From Sphagnum compactum (taxonomy: Eukaryota), in contig OZ234493.1 in the NCBI GenBank assembly GCA_965153455.1, positions 4,464,001 through 4,528,000 on the forward strand: a stretch of 64,000 nt of DNA, in the 5' to 3' direction. The notes beneath the pieces were generated by a model. That model searched no databases and had not been told where the DNA came from. It was given only the letters and a program-made list of their open reading frames with translations. The position numbers and the translations under genes are program-made. This document shows positions 1 through 12,957 of the stretch, one piece after another. Each line of letters starts with the position of its first letter. The first letter of the stretch is position 1.

Positions 1-360
1 TATTGAAATTAATGTCATGAGTCATTAGGTTGATTACTAATTGTTAAAAACATTTTTAGTTGTTTCCTTAATAGTGTTGGACATTATAGTTACACATAAA
101 ACAAGTCATAAAAAACATGTTTTGGCATTATGAACACTTTTAACCAATCAATAAATGCAATTTTATTGAAAATTACTAACATGAATCATTAGGTGATTAC
201 TAGATACGAAAAAGATTTTTAGTCATTTTCTTAATCGTGTAAGACATTGTAGTTGCATAGGACAAGTCATAAAATACATGTTTTGACATTATGAACACTT
301 TTGACCAATCAATAAATGTAATTTTATTGAAATTAATGTTATGAATCGTGAAGTTGACTG
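1..360. repeat. Tandem repeat, ~162-bp unit, at least 2.2 copies (runs off the left edge)
   Basis: Units start tattgaaa at 1, 164 and 325; the first two share acaagtcataaaa..catgttttg..cattatgaacactttt..accaatcaataaatg. Confidence 0.85.
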
Positions 361-3300
361 CTTATTGTAACACCTTGTTGACACATGGCATTCCACATCA
401 TCATCATTATAAATTGAGTAATTATTAATTAGTATTAATCACAAAAATAAACAATATTTTTGAATTTCTAATTTTAAATCATTCAAATATATTAATATAA
501 ATTCAAATATATTGATAATATATTTACCAAAAATTTGAACAAGTTGTCACATTGACTATAATCACCAAACTATGATGCCACATGGCATCTTGATGTCTTT
601 TGCAACTACATAGTAATTTTTGTGACCAAGTAATTATAAACATAGTTGAAAAATAATAATCATTTTATAAACCGATCACAAAACCCAATATGTGTTGTGT
701 AAATATGTAATTAACTAGGTAAATAGGTGGGTGAATAGGTAAGAAGTATATACATAAAGTAGTAGACCATGTTGCATTTGATTAAAGATCATTGGTCATA
801 TTGACTAAATGTTCCACTTGACTAAAAATTATTAGTTATTTTAATTAAAGATCATTGATCATATTAATTAAAATGTTTCATTTAACTAAAGACCATCGGT
901 CATTTTGACTAAGGTTGTACAACTTGACAATATATATCTAGTCAAATAAATCATTATAATCAAGTTGATTAATCAAAAAATACACGTGTCATCAAACCCC
1001 TTGCCTTTAGTCAAAATGTACATGTCCATTAATCAAAAATCACAAATTAGCCAAAATTTGAACCTCTTTAAAAATCATGATTCGTAATTGTGAAAACATT
1101 GAATACAAAAAACAAAATATTTTTTGGTTAGTTTCACATTGTCATGAAACAAACTTGAATAATATCATTGCATAGATGCAAAGCAATGGATTTTGAAACA
1201 ACAAAGCTTTCATTATTTGAACACGCTTTAAGAACAAACACACAAGTTGCAAATGAAAGAAATGGGAGGCTAAGGATGGATCTTATCTTTGTAAATCAAT
1301 GGCTTAATTTTTTTAGTTATATAAGGTAAAGAACATTATATATAATAAGGTGGGGAAATAACTTTCACATTATTTTGGATATGATATACATATGTATTAC
1401 CCAACATAACAAACATTGGTTCAACCATTTGCTTAATCCTTGGAAGCCTCACTTCAAAATGTGCAAATACCCATGTGGACCCATTTGTTTAAAAACCAAT
1501 GCATAACCTAGTTCATGTGACACTCCATTGTTATTTTAAAAACAATTTAGGTCATTAATGTTGGTTTTTGCAAATATTCTATAATTTTTGAACTAGAACA
1601 TAAATTATTGGAATTATTATTCCGAAAGGTGGTGGATGCATATATGTTTTGGGTCTTCATGGTAGGAGGGTTATGTTTGATTTTGGCGTGCAACTTCATC
1701 ATAATGGATTTTTAAAAATATGTGAACTAAGGTTGAGAACATGTCCATCCACATCCAATTTGTGGGATTTTACAAATGCTTATAACCACATTCAAAATAA
1801 TGTGTAATTTATTTTCCCATTTGCACCAATAACCATGAAAGACTAGGTCCAACGTAGAACAAGGAATTAGTAAATGCCATCACATGGGCAAATCATTGTG
1901 ATCAACCAATCAAAACCAATCATATTTCTTTGTTAGCCATTTTGGATGGGCATATTTTCAAGTCCAATTTTTATTTTATTTTTTTAAAGCTTGAAATTCA
2001 TGTAAATTATTATTTACAAATCATCATACTAACGTTAGTGGAGTTACTCTTACCATGAACTCAAGTGAAACATCAAAAGTGGGTTGCATACTAAGGCATC
2101 TAAATTTAAATGTAATAATGGTGTATTTTACCATGATTATGTTCTTTTCCAATTTGAGGCTATGATGGTGTTATTGAACCGTGCAAAAAATATATATCTT
2201 AAAACAAGTTTTGGGCATAACTAATTGGGCACATTCAAGATTGGGGTATCATTTTCAAGAATGTGGACTAGTCCAAGACTTTTTGACCATTTGTTTTAAT
2301 AATTTCATTTGCAAGAAGTTCATGATAATCCTATACTACAAATAAACAACCATCTTGTGATGAACTCCATTTTTATTCTATTTTTTTGGTATCAAAATAC
2401 ATTCATTTTCCCTAGATATTGGTTAAATGATGTAGCTCTAAAAAATTACAATTTGACCCCATAGTATTATGCAAATGCATTAATTGTATTAAAGAAAATC
2501 TGCCCACACTTGATTTGTGGTATTTGTCAATGTCTACCACATCCAAAATAGTGTGCTAGTTATTTCCCTACCCCAATTGGTGAACATGAAACATTGGACA
2601 ATTTTTATGATGAGATAAGTTAATTACCACCCATGGGGCCATCATTGTAATTGGCCAATCAAAGTCAATCATATTCTTTACTAGCCCTTTTGGAAGACAT
2701 TGTATCCTATGCATATTTACAAGTCCAAACTCATTTTATGTTATTTAAAGCTCAAACTTCATCCAAATATCTTGTCTAGGCCATTATGTTACAATTTTGC
2801 ACCAATGCACCCCAAATTCATTCAACAAACATGCTTCAAAATCACATTGTGGATCATATCACATTGAGCCCATATATGAAAATATGTTTCATTAGAATTG
2901 TAAACTACAACTACATCCTTATATATTTTCACAACTTCAAGCACTGAAAACAAAATTTATGTTGATATTCATTATAATTGCCTCCCAAATAAAATTACAT
3001 TCTTGGAATTCTTGAAGGACTTCTAATAACAAAATGGTGTTATGTTCAAGATTCATATTCATGTTTTGCACAAATCGTGCTAAAAAAATCAATGTTAATT
3101 CCTCTTCAAAAAGAGAGAAGACATTGACTAGAGCAACAAAAAAAATTTATTTGATGACTAATTAAGCTTGTAATGAAAACAAATACCTAGTTGTAAAAAA
3201 TAAAAATAAAAATTTGTAATTTTTTGTTTCCATCATCACTTTCATCTTGAAAGATAAATTGAATATTTTAATTAGCTTTCATAATTTTTTTCCTAATCAA

Positions 3301-4482
3301 CTAGAGATATACTAATATATATTATATGTTTTTCTTTTGTATATTGCAACTCCTAGTTAAAGGCTAATGACATAACGATGATCAAACCAAAAGTTGGGAT
3401 AAACACACAATACAATTATAAATGTTTTTTTAAAGCATGGATGTAGTTGCTTTAGCATGATGATAACAAGGGTCATGATCACACATTTCTTCCCAAAAAA
3501 TTATAATTGAAATATTCATTAGTAAATGAGTGTTTTATGGTATTTATGGTCAGGTATCTGATGGGATCTACCCATATTATAATAACCTAATGAGGAGGTG
3601 GTGCATGTTGGAAACCCACAACTTTGTGTGATGGAAACAAGATTCTCCATGCATTTTGGTTTTTGTAACTTTTGTTCTTTATCATCCCTTTTGTTTGGTT
3701 GCATGTATAACAATGTCTCCTTTCCTCTAGAGCCAAAACTTTACGATGGAAACCAAAAAAAAAAACAAAATTAGCATTTGATTATATACCATGTTCAAGA
3801 AGGATGCGTAACAAAAAAATATTGTAAACACAAAATTAAGCAAGCCAAAATACATGGTTGAAATTTGGCTTCAACTTTCAATAATTAAACTACACCATGG
3901 TTCAATTATGGATTAAACTTGGCATATTCATGTCACCCATTCTGTAGCAAATTGATATCAACCCAAACACAAGAACTTTAAATGTTTTAATCTCCTTTAA
4001 TGTCCAAGAAAAATCATTCACAAAGCTCCAATATTTTTAAAAATAATTATGACATCATCTACTTATAAATATTATTATACTATGGCCTAAATATGGCTTA
4101 AACTTGGAATAATCATGTCACCCATTTTGTAGCAACTTGATTAATTTACTCAATGTTTGGTTTGAATCATTAGTGATTCAATGTAATTCCCACGACAACA
4201 ATAATCAAGGAATCTCCATTGGAAAATCTTGAACTTAATTGCAATGGCTCGAGACTGGCAAGTTCATCAATGTGGAACAAAACCATGTATTCAAATACTA
4301 TGGCTTCAACTTTAATATTTTTTTTGTGTACACAATTTGGTAGACACAATTTGCCCCACATTTTGTTTGTTTGATTTGATGGACAAAAAAATTGCCCACA
4401 TTTTGTTTATTTATGCAATTTAGCAAATGCAAATTATTCACATTCCATGTGTGCAATATGGCAAACAAAATTGGTCCGCTAA

Positions 4483-7400
4483 TTAACTCTTCACAAATAG
4501 CATCTTAGAGTATTGAGAATGGCCATTATCAAGAGCCCATCTATGAACTGAAGGCAAGACAAGCTTGAATGCCTCTAACGAATGTTTGTGCATACACAAG
4601 GGAACTTCATGCAATGGAACCACCACCTCTTTGGGTGTTGTTCTTCTTTGTTGTCTTCTTCTACTTTTGAGCCAAGTTCTTGTTGGCATTGTAGGTAACC
4701 TATTAATTTCAACCATTCTAGATCCCATTAGCCAGGGTGAAAAATTCTTAGAATTTTGGGGAATTGTGATTGTGACAAAGACCCAAAGGACCCTTAAATA
4801 TTTGTTCCTAGCAATGAGGATAGGACAAAAACATACATAAACAAACACACATAAATGTAGATAGATAGACAAAACATTCGAAGTTTTGTGTTTTGTGTAA
4901 AAAAATTCCCCATGGCCAAAGTTGTGAAAAAAATGGAGTGGCGTACTTGTTGTTGGCATGTTTTTTATAAGGAGGTGGTTCACCATACTTGTTCAAAAAG
5001 TTCTTGGGTGAAAGCTCAGGGAGCGTCATGCGATGACTTTTTGTTCCTTTCATCAATTTTGTGCCTTTCAAAACAACCTGGGTGAATGATGACTTTGTAA
5101 TTAGTGATCCTAAAAACTTTAAGTAATTAAAGGGAGTTGGAACAAAATAATGTGTGGATGTTCTTTTCAACTCCTCCCACAAAAATCACTTTTTCAATGT
5201 AAACAAAATTCAAGAATAAGATCAATGATGAACATGAATGGAACAAAACAAAAATGAACACCTTAGGAGTGTGCATTCGGTGGTTGTTACTTCGAAAATT
5301 GGAAGCAAGGGTCGGACCAATGTGAGCCTTGGGTGATAATATGGAAAGACTATAGTTGTTTTTGATGGGAGGAAAAGCATGCATAGAAGAGTGATCAATA
5401 TCCTCATTGTTGTTGTTTTCCCTTTGTGTAGGCTTGATTTCTTGAGCTACATGTGTTGACATTGCTGATCCCACCGAAGTGAGTGTGGCTGGGCTTTCAA
5501 CATCTGCAAAGTTTGACAAAGGGGTTGTTGAGCTTGCATCTCTTGCCACCACCTCTTTTTCTTCCTACAATCCATTATCGCGCAAATGATTTTCAAACAT
5601 TATATAATCAAGTTTGTGAAGACACAAATAACTTTGATATCCTAACCCTTGTTGATGAAAAATGATCATCGCAAAGAATATTAAGATCATTTTCTTCATT
5701 TGTAACAACACAAAATTGGAACTTGATGGATTCTTCTTGTTATTGTTGAAGAAAAAAAAAAGGTGATCATTTTTGTTTTTAAAGAGGAAAATGATGGGGA
5801 CAAAGGTTTCATGTTAGGAAATGCCTAGGGGGTGGGGAAATAGGTATTATACCTCCTTGGCAAGTAATTTGGAGGTGTTGGTGATGGTGGGAAGATGTGA
5901 AAAATTGGTCATGGATTGTAGGGAATTTCCAGTGTTCTGATTTGGCACAAGCTTATCATGAGTGCTCATCTTGATTGATTCATGGATCTTTTGTTTTGTG
6001 TTTATTGTAGCTTCATGTGTGATGAGCCTACTCTTTGTAGAAAAGAAACCCATGTTAATTAACAACTACCACACTTTTCAACAAGAGCCTTGCAAAATTA
6101 AAGGATCTATATTATAATGATTGGTTTTTACAATGTCACAAATCTAAATAGTTTTTTGGATTTTTTTTTTGGTATTGACTACAAATTATTGTGTGATGAT
6201 AAGCTTAGTTGTCTATAAAAAGAAATCCATGTTAATACTTTAACAAGGTTGCATGCAAAAGCCAAAGGATCTATATGATTCATTATTCACAACAAAAATT
6301 TGTGGATTGTTCTTTCACAAACCTTGAACATTACAAACCCATAAGATTTCCAATTTGTGTTGTTCATTTTGTTGTTTTTTGTTGTTCTAAGTTTGGAATA
6401 TTTTAAGACTATTTAATATGTTGGTGATGCAAATTCAATATAATTGTTTAAAAAAACAAAGGAGGGAGAGAAGGAAGGAGGGGCTGAATGAAACCCATGA
6501 GATGGTTGAACACCATGGCTATGATTTGCATTAACAAATGCTTGTTGTAGCTTTTCCTTGTCTCGAAGATCTTTAAAATAAACATGTCGAAGTGCTTGCC
6601 TAGCTGATAACCTAAAAGCAAAACACCAAGATAGACATGACCGTCAATATTTTAAGCATTTGACAAAAGGATTGAATAAACAAATGCTTGCAACAATCAC
6701 CAAAGAATTCACATGTTTGACAATCATCAATGGATTCAAATGCTTGAAATAATCATTGCTTCCATAATTATAAAATTGTATGCAAATTTTTGAAACCCAT
6801 TTGAAATTCCTACCGGTCATCGGGATTATAGGCTAACAACTTGTTGAGCAACTCCACACACATTATTGAAGCATGTGGAATGAGTCTAGCAATTCCTGTC
6901 CCATCTTGATGTGGAAATTTGAAATCGGCATGTTGTGACCTCCTGTGCACCCATTTCACCATCTCCAATTCGATTTGCATTTTTTTTTTACACACTATAA
7001 GGAAGATTTGCAAACAATTTTTTGAATAACACATGTAATGTTATTGAGAGAACAAACACAACATTGAAACCAAACAAAAAACATGTTACCTTTCACTTTG
7101 AATTATAAGATCATGCCCATTTAGTTTTTGAAAGGACAAATCAAAATTTCCCACCTTTTGACTTTGATATCGTAGTTTTGCAAAGGAAATAAATCCCCAA
7201 AGAAAGAAAAGCTTGCCTTTTCATTTTCTCCAACAATTGCATGGGTGGAGTGCCTAAAATCTTATGTATTTTTTGTACTTGGTCCAACTCATTGTTGCCT
7301 TTAATATTATTGCCAACATACCAACACATTGTCCAATGGAAGTTTTATAAGCTCATTGTGTATACCACTAGGAATTGGTATCCTTGGGTGGTACCTCTAG

Positions 7401-10400
7401 GAATCACCTCACCAAAATCCAAAGAAAGATGGACCTAGTTAAATTTAATCCTTTTAATTTTAATTTTTTTTGTTGATTTGCATCACATGGGCTTTGTGTT
7501 CCCCACCTATGGACACACAATGGAAATTTGTAGACACCAACATAAGCTACACAAATAAGAAATTTGTATTCCTAAAATGTTTATGACATGTGTTCCTAAG
7601 ATTCCTGACCCCTTATCATTAAGTGTCAAGTTGCAGCATTGTAAAATATATTTATTTTGTTTATTGACTACAATCATCAATGTATTGCCCCAAATTTTGA
7701 TTTAAACACAAAAAAATGGGTATTACTACAAATTTGTAAACATGAATGGAATGGCCCTTCAAGACCTAGTTCCAACCCTCAAAAATTGCTCAAAAAATTA
7801 TGATTGCTTCAATGCACTATTTATTAATAAAAAAAAAAGTAGAACCATCTAAGACCTTCCTAGAAATTAAAATCATTAAAAAAAGAAAATAAACGTTCGT
7901 TTTGTGTTCTTGAACAAAGGAGCTCAAAATATTATTTTCCCAAAAACTTTTTCCTTGACCATTCATTTGGAATATATATGTTATTTTTATTTTTATTTTG
8001 TAAATATAATTTCAAAGTTTCAAATTCTACACAACTTGGGTAATCGTTTAATATAAAATTCAAAGAAAAAATATATTTTTGAAATAAATCATGTGTTGTC
8101 CTAAAGTTGAATGGGATGTGGCATTCCTAGTGCTACCACCCAAGGATGGGTTTGCTCATTGTTGAAGTCACCATGAAGGTGGGGATCACAATAGGGAGAG
8201 AGAAGATAAAAATACCTGGAAAAAGGGGGAAAAGACTAACAATCTCAAAGAAGACACAACCCACACCCCACATGTCCATCTTGTAGTTGTAATATCCATC
8301 CGTGAGTAAACATTCTGGGGCACGATACCTTTTTCATAAGCCATAACCCCACCATCTTCATATATCAAAATTTTCAAAGGAGCTTGAATGGGTTTGTATA
8401 AAGGTCAAATATGATGCTTGAAATGGACATAACAATGAATTACAAATCTCGTAAAATGGTTGAATTTGTAAAGATGGTCATTACACAATTTGTTGGCAAC
8501 TTGGATAATCTTAGATTATGGTCCATAATAAAACATTTTAGGCCCAAAAGATGCAACATGGGACATTGCAACTATTTTGTTGTCATTTTATATAAAAGTA
8601 GGGATGTGAACCTATCTTTCATAAAAGACATAATGCAATAAATAATGATGAATTAGATTGATAAACTGTAAGAGTTTGACATATGTACCATCTTGTGGAG
8701 ATGTATTCAGTGTAAGGTTGCTTTGAATACACTCCTCGACAACTACCAAAGTCTGCAAGCTGTGACAAACCTCCCAAACCTAATTGACCACTTAATTGCC
8801 TTTTTGAAAGTGGATATCTTATAATCATCGCAATGTCCATTCTTATCCAATGACTTGGAAGCTACTGTTTGAATCATCAATTTATTTATTGACATATATA
8901 TAATGTAATTAAATTAATAATTATGGATAGGATGAAACATGATTTCCATAAAAAAATTGATGTGAAGTGTACGAATGTGTTACCTTGAGGACTTCTTCAA
9001 TGATGAGGATGTTTTCAGGTTTGATATCACGATGGAAAATGCCATTGCGGTGCATATGGTCCATGGCTACACGCATCACAATTCCATTAACTTAATTACC
9101 CATGTACTATGACATTTATGTATTAGTCTACTTGCAATGTAGCCATTTGACATTTATGTCATGTTGTCATTATGAAATAATGGTGTATATACATTATCTT
9201 TTCAACATAATGAACAATTTGTGACACATGTGGAATCATTTTCCCAAGTTCAATTACTTTTGTTTGCAATTTATAAGGATTACAATGCTAGCTTGATGGA
9301 TCACCTTTCATTAATTGATACATGTAGCTCTTGATGCGATCTTCTGACACATAATTTCGACGACCCCGGATGAGCTCATAAATGTTCATTTCCATTAACT
9401 CAAACACTAGGGCTAACTTCTTAGTTGGTTGGTCACTATTTACCAAAATCCCCTCCCAATTCCACATGCAAAGTCAAGACCAAAATGTTTGATTATTCTT
9501 GTTTAGACATATAAGATGCATGCAAAACCTTTAGATCATTAATCATGCAACCATGTGATATATAATAGTTCTAACATAATTGTTCAATATTCATTTGTTT
9601 TGCCATAATATATTTTCATACAAATATGCTAGATCATTAACCACAATTATTTCATATATAATAATCTTAATATAATTGCTAATTCTTCTTCAAGGTGCAT
9701 GTTTTTATGTCAATATTTCACCATGCAAATAAGGAAAATGATTCATGAAACCCATTGCACAAAACTAATTGGTTGGCTTTGATATTACTAATCAAAAAGG
9801 TGGAAAGAACATACTAGATGATTTCCAAGAGCTTGATGACATTGGGATGAGGGGAAAGCCTTTGCAATGCTTGTATTTCTCGTAAGCTTGTCACCTATGC
9901 CCCCAAATGTGTTTATGTTTCAGTGAAAAACATAAAGGTGAGTTTTGATGAAAATTTCCTATCAACATTAACTAAATGAAATATATATTTTCATCAAATC
10001 AATGGTTAACATGATAATTTATAAACAAAAAATAATCAAACAAACAATCAGCAATCAAAATGTCTTGATTATGATACATTCTTTTAGTAATGAAGTAATT
10101 TTGATGTTCCTTGAAATTGAAAGACCAAAATTACATTGATCAACAATATGCCATCTTTCTTTCATATTGATTTAAAAAGCATATCCAACATGCATGATTC
10201 AATTGAAAGAATGGCATGTAAACAAACATAGATAACAAGAAGAAATATAATGCAATATCCACTTATATAAAGATATGGGTCATTTTATGTAATTCAATCT
10301 TAAGGTTGGAACTTCTTAAATTGTTATAATACACATATCAATTATTCCATGAATATAAGTTCCAATCAAACTTTGAAGATTTCTTGGGGAACGAGCATAC

Positions 10401-10784
10401 ACTTTTGAATGGTAAACTAAAAATAACATTTCACATTCACCTAATGTTATAGTTGTGTTGAAGACCAATTGCAAGGACCCATTCCCTATGACCAGTGGGT
10501 TATGTTCCATGGACACTAAATGTATGCATATATGTATGGGTTTCACAACTATAAATTAGGAAATTGAATCATTGATGGACCTCTTCAATATTTTCAAAAT
10601 TGCTCTTCATACATTTGATGGCCACATATTTGTTGGTTCTTATACATTGTGCCTTCAACACCTCTGAAAAGGTGCCTTCACCTTTCTTTGCTAACATACG
10701 ATATTCTGATGTCACCAACCAAATCCATACAAAAATGATGATGATATAACAATGGTGTGCATTTTGATAATAATTACTATCCAT
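4483..10784 (-). CDS. MOK: MOK/RAGE (MAPK/MAK/MRK-overlapping; Chlamydomonas LF4-like) serine/threonine kinase, multi-exon
   Basis: Phase-consistent kinase exons: 10778-10784 (ATG GAT A), 10581-10705 ([28 protein letters not shown]), 9815-9894 ([26 protein letters not shown]), 9305-9435 ([20 protein letters not shown]), 8984-9066 ([16 protein letters not shown]), 8689-8759 ([24 protein letters not shown]), 8216-8328 ([28 protein letters not shown]), 7217-7298, 6814-6942, 6495-6611 ([13 protein letters not shown]). Tentative tail exons: 5853-6027, 5262-5564, 4947-5077, 4483-4807, giving about 623 aa. Kinase domain is solid; tail exons and stop are less certain. Confidence 0.9.
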
Positions 10785-12786
10785 GTCATATTTTATGTTG
10801 GCCATAGAATTCTAGACAAAGTCAATAATAAGATGTGAAATAAACATGCACATATATCTATGACCAATTTCATATATAATCATTGTTCACAAATTTACAT
10901 TAACTCATCTATTTTTAATGATTCTTTCATTGTTTGTCTCATGTATTTTTCTTCTTTTTGTTGTTATTTTGTCATTGCCTTTGAGTTTTAATATTTTGAT
11001 TTATTCTCCACATGTAACAATTGTGTTGGAGGGTGATAATTCATGAATAAGTAAAAAATGATTTCCAAACCTCCATATCAAGCATGGACTTCGAAGATTG
11101 TGCACTAGTGGAATATGTCATGATTCACAATTCTAAACAAAAGTGATATCCTTCAATTTATGGATGGGTCTATCAAGTTCATTTGACAATATTTAAACCT
11201 ACTATAACTTTGTGTAAACATACTTATGCAAGGATAATGATTACCATTTTGGAACATTTATTTGCTCAACAAAGGTAGATGATTGCCATTGAATTTTTAA
11301 TATAAAAATTATGTTGTGGATTTATAGCAATCAAGATGAATGAAAAGTAATCAACAATGGATCGTGACTAGTATGAAGAGTAATCAACAATAAGAAGATG
11401 ACAACCTTTGATAAAGGATAGAAAAATGATATGTCACAATCCATACTAGAAAGAATCACATGGAAAGGAAAGTATTTAAACCACCAATAGTTGGGTTCTA
11501 TAACCTCATTATTTGGGATTGAACAAACTCCAAAAATAAGAACAAATAACTAAGGGATATCATCCATTGACCATCAATGAACCCATGCTAACAAAAGCCC
11601 AAAAGATTAGTTTTGTCAAGAACAATGCAACATTGCTTGAAAGCAATCATGCCATCTTAACTCAAGTCATTGACACCTCTTTGATTGAAAATAGATGTAA
11701 TGTATTCAAAAGGGATGCTTTAAGATCTTGTCAATAGAAGAGATCAAATCTCTTTATAATGAATGTTTAAACAAGGCTGAAAATGCTTTACTTCTCTTGT
11801 ATATGGGAGGAACATTGGGGAAATTTATGTCCAGTCGTTCGATTCGTTTGAACAACAAGGGTTTTTGGCCTTGAATAGTAAAATCAAGATTAGGGATGGA
11901 GGCAACCTTCTCTTTCAATTTCAAGAGGCGCTCAACATAGTCGGTGCGCCCCAAATTATAGTACTTCAATACTGACCAATGGCGAATGCCAATTATCAGC
12001 GTCTAATTAATATTGTTTATAATGACCTTGTAGACCACGTATTTTATTATTTAATGCTAGCAAAACATTCTTTCATATTCAATTTTGAAAGTTCAATAGA
12101 ACCTTCATCACATTGAAATTTGAATTGCTAAAAACAAAAAAAAATCAAATTGTTTTCAATTTTTGGTCTATCAAATGCAAAATTGTAAGAAAAAAAACTT
12201 CAAATAAGATAGTGAAAAAGGTCATAAAAAGGATTACTGTGCATGTTTTTCCAAAATTGTAAGGAAAGATTGATGCCCAAAGAAAAGATGGGGCGCCAAT
12301 ATTAATGGATTGAGCTTGGACATGGCTTTGTGTGTAGATTGCACCTTCACATCCTTGAATTTTCGCATTCACAAAGTGTTCCATAACCTATTTTTCTTTT
12401 TCTTTCTATTCTCATTGTGTTGGATAATACATTTATTTTCATTTAACCTCATTCTTTTCACTATCCAAGATCTCAATAATATAATTATGTAATATCTTGC
12501 TTCAAATATCCTCTTCTTTCTTTTCTTTCTTTTGGGTCTATTTAAAGAATTGGGAAATGAGTGTTAAATTGAACATAATGTGTTGAGTTGTGGAAGTTGG
12601 TATAAGGAGATAATGTTTGTATCCTTAAACTTGCAACGCTTGTAGGTTTGCCAACATAACATATATAATCAATGTTTGGCAAGCATGTTGATCCTTCAAC
12701 TGTAAATGATGCATTCCTCAAACACAAGAATATTTTGCAACTATTTGGCAACATATTGACAAAAATACATGCACATGACCCTTAAA

Positions 12787-12957
12787 GTAGTGTATCAAAG
12801 GCATATGAATAAAGGACAAGAGTAAAAATTGTACAAAAGTTTAATTAGAGGATGGTGAGGAATGGAAAGTAAGTAGTGTATCAAAGGCATATGAATGAAG
12901 GACAAAGAGTAGGAATTGTACAAAAACCTAATTAAAAGATGCTAAGGAATGGAAAAA
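12787..12957. repeat. Tandem duplication, ~87-bp unit
   Basis: gtagtgtatcaaaggcatatgaat..ggaca..gagta..aattgtacaaaa..ggaatggaaa occurs twice in direct succession. Confidence 0.85.
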
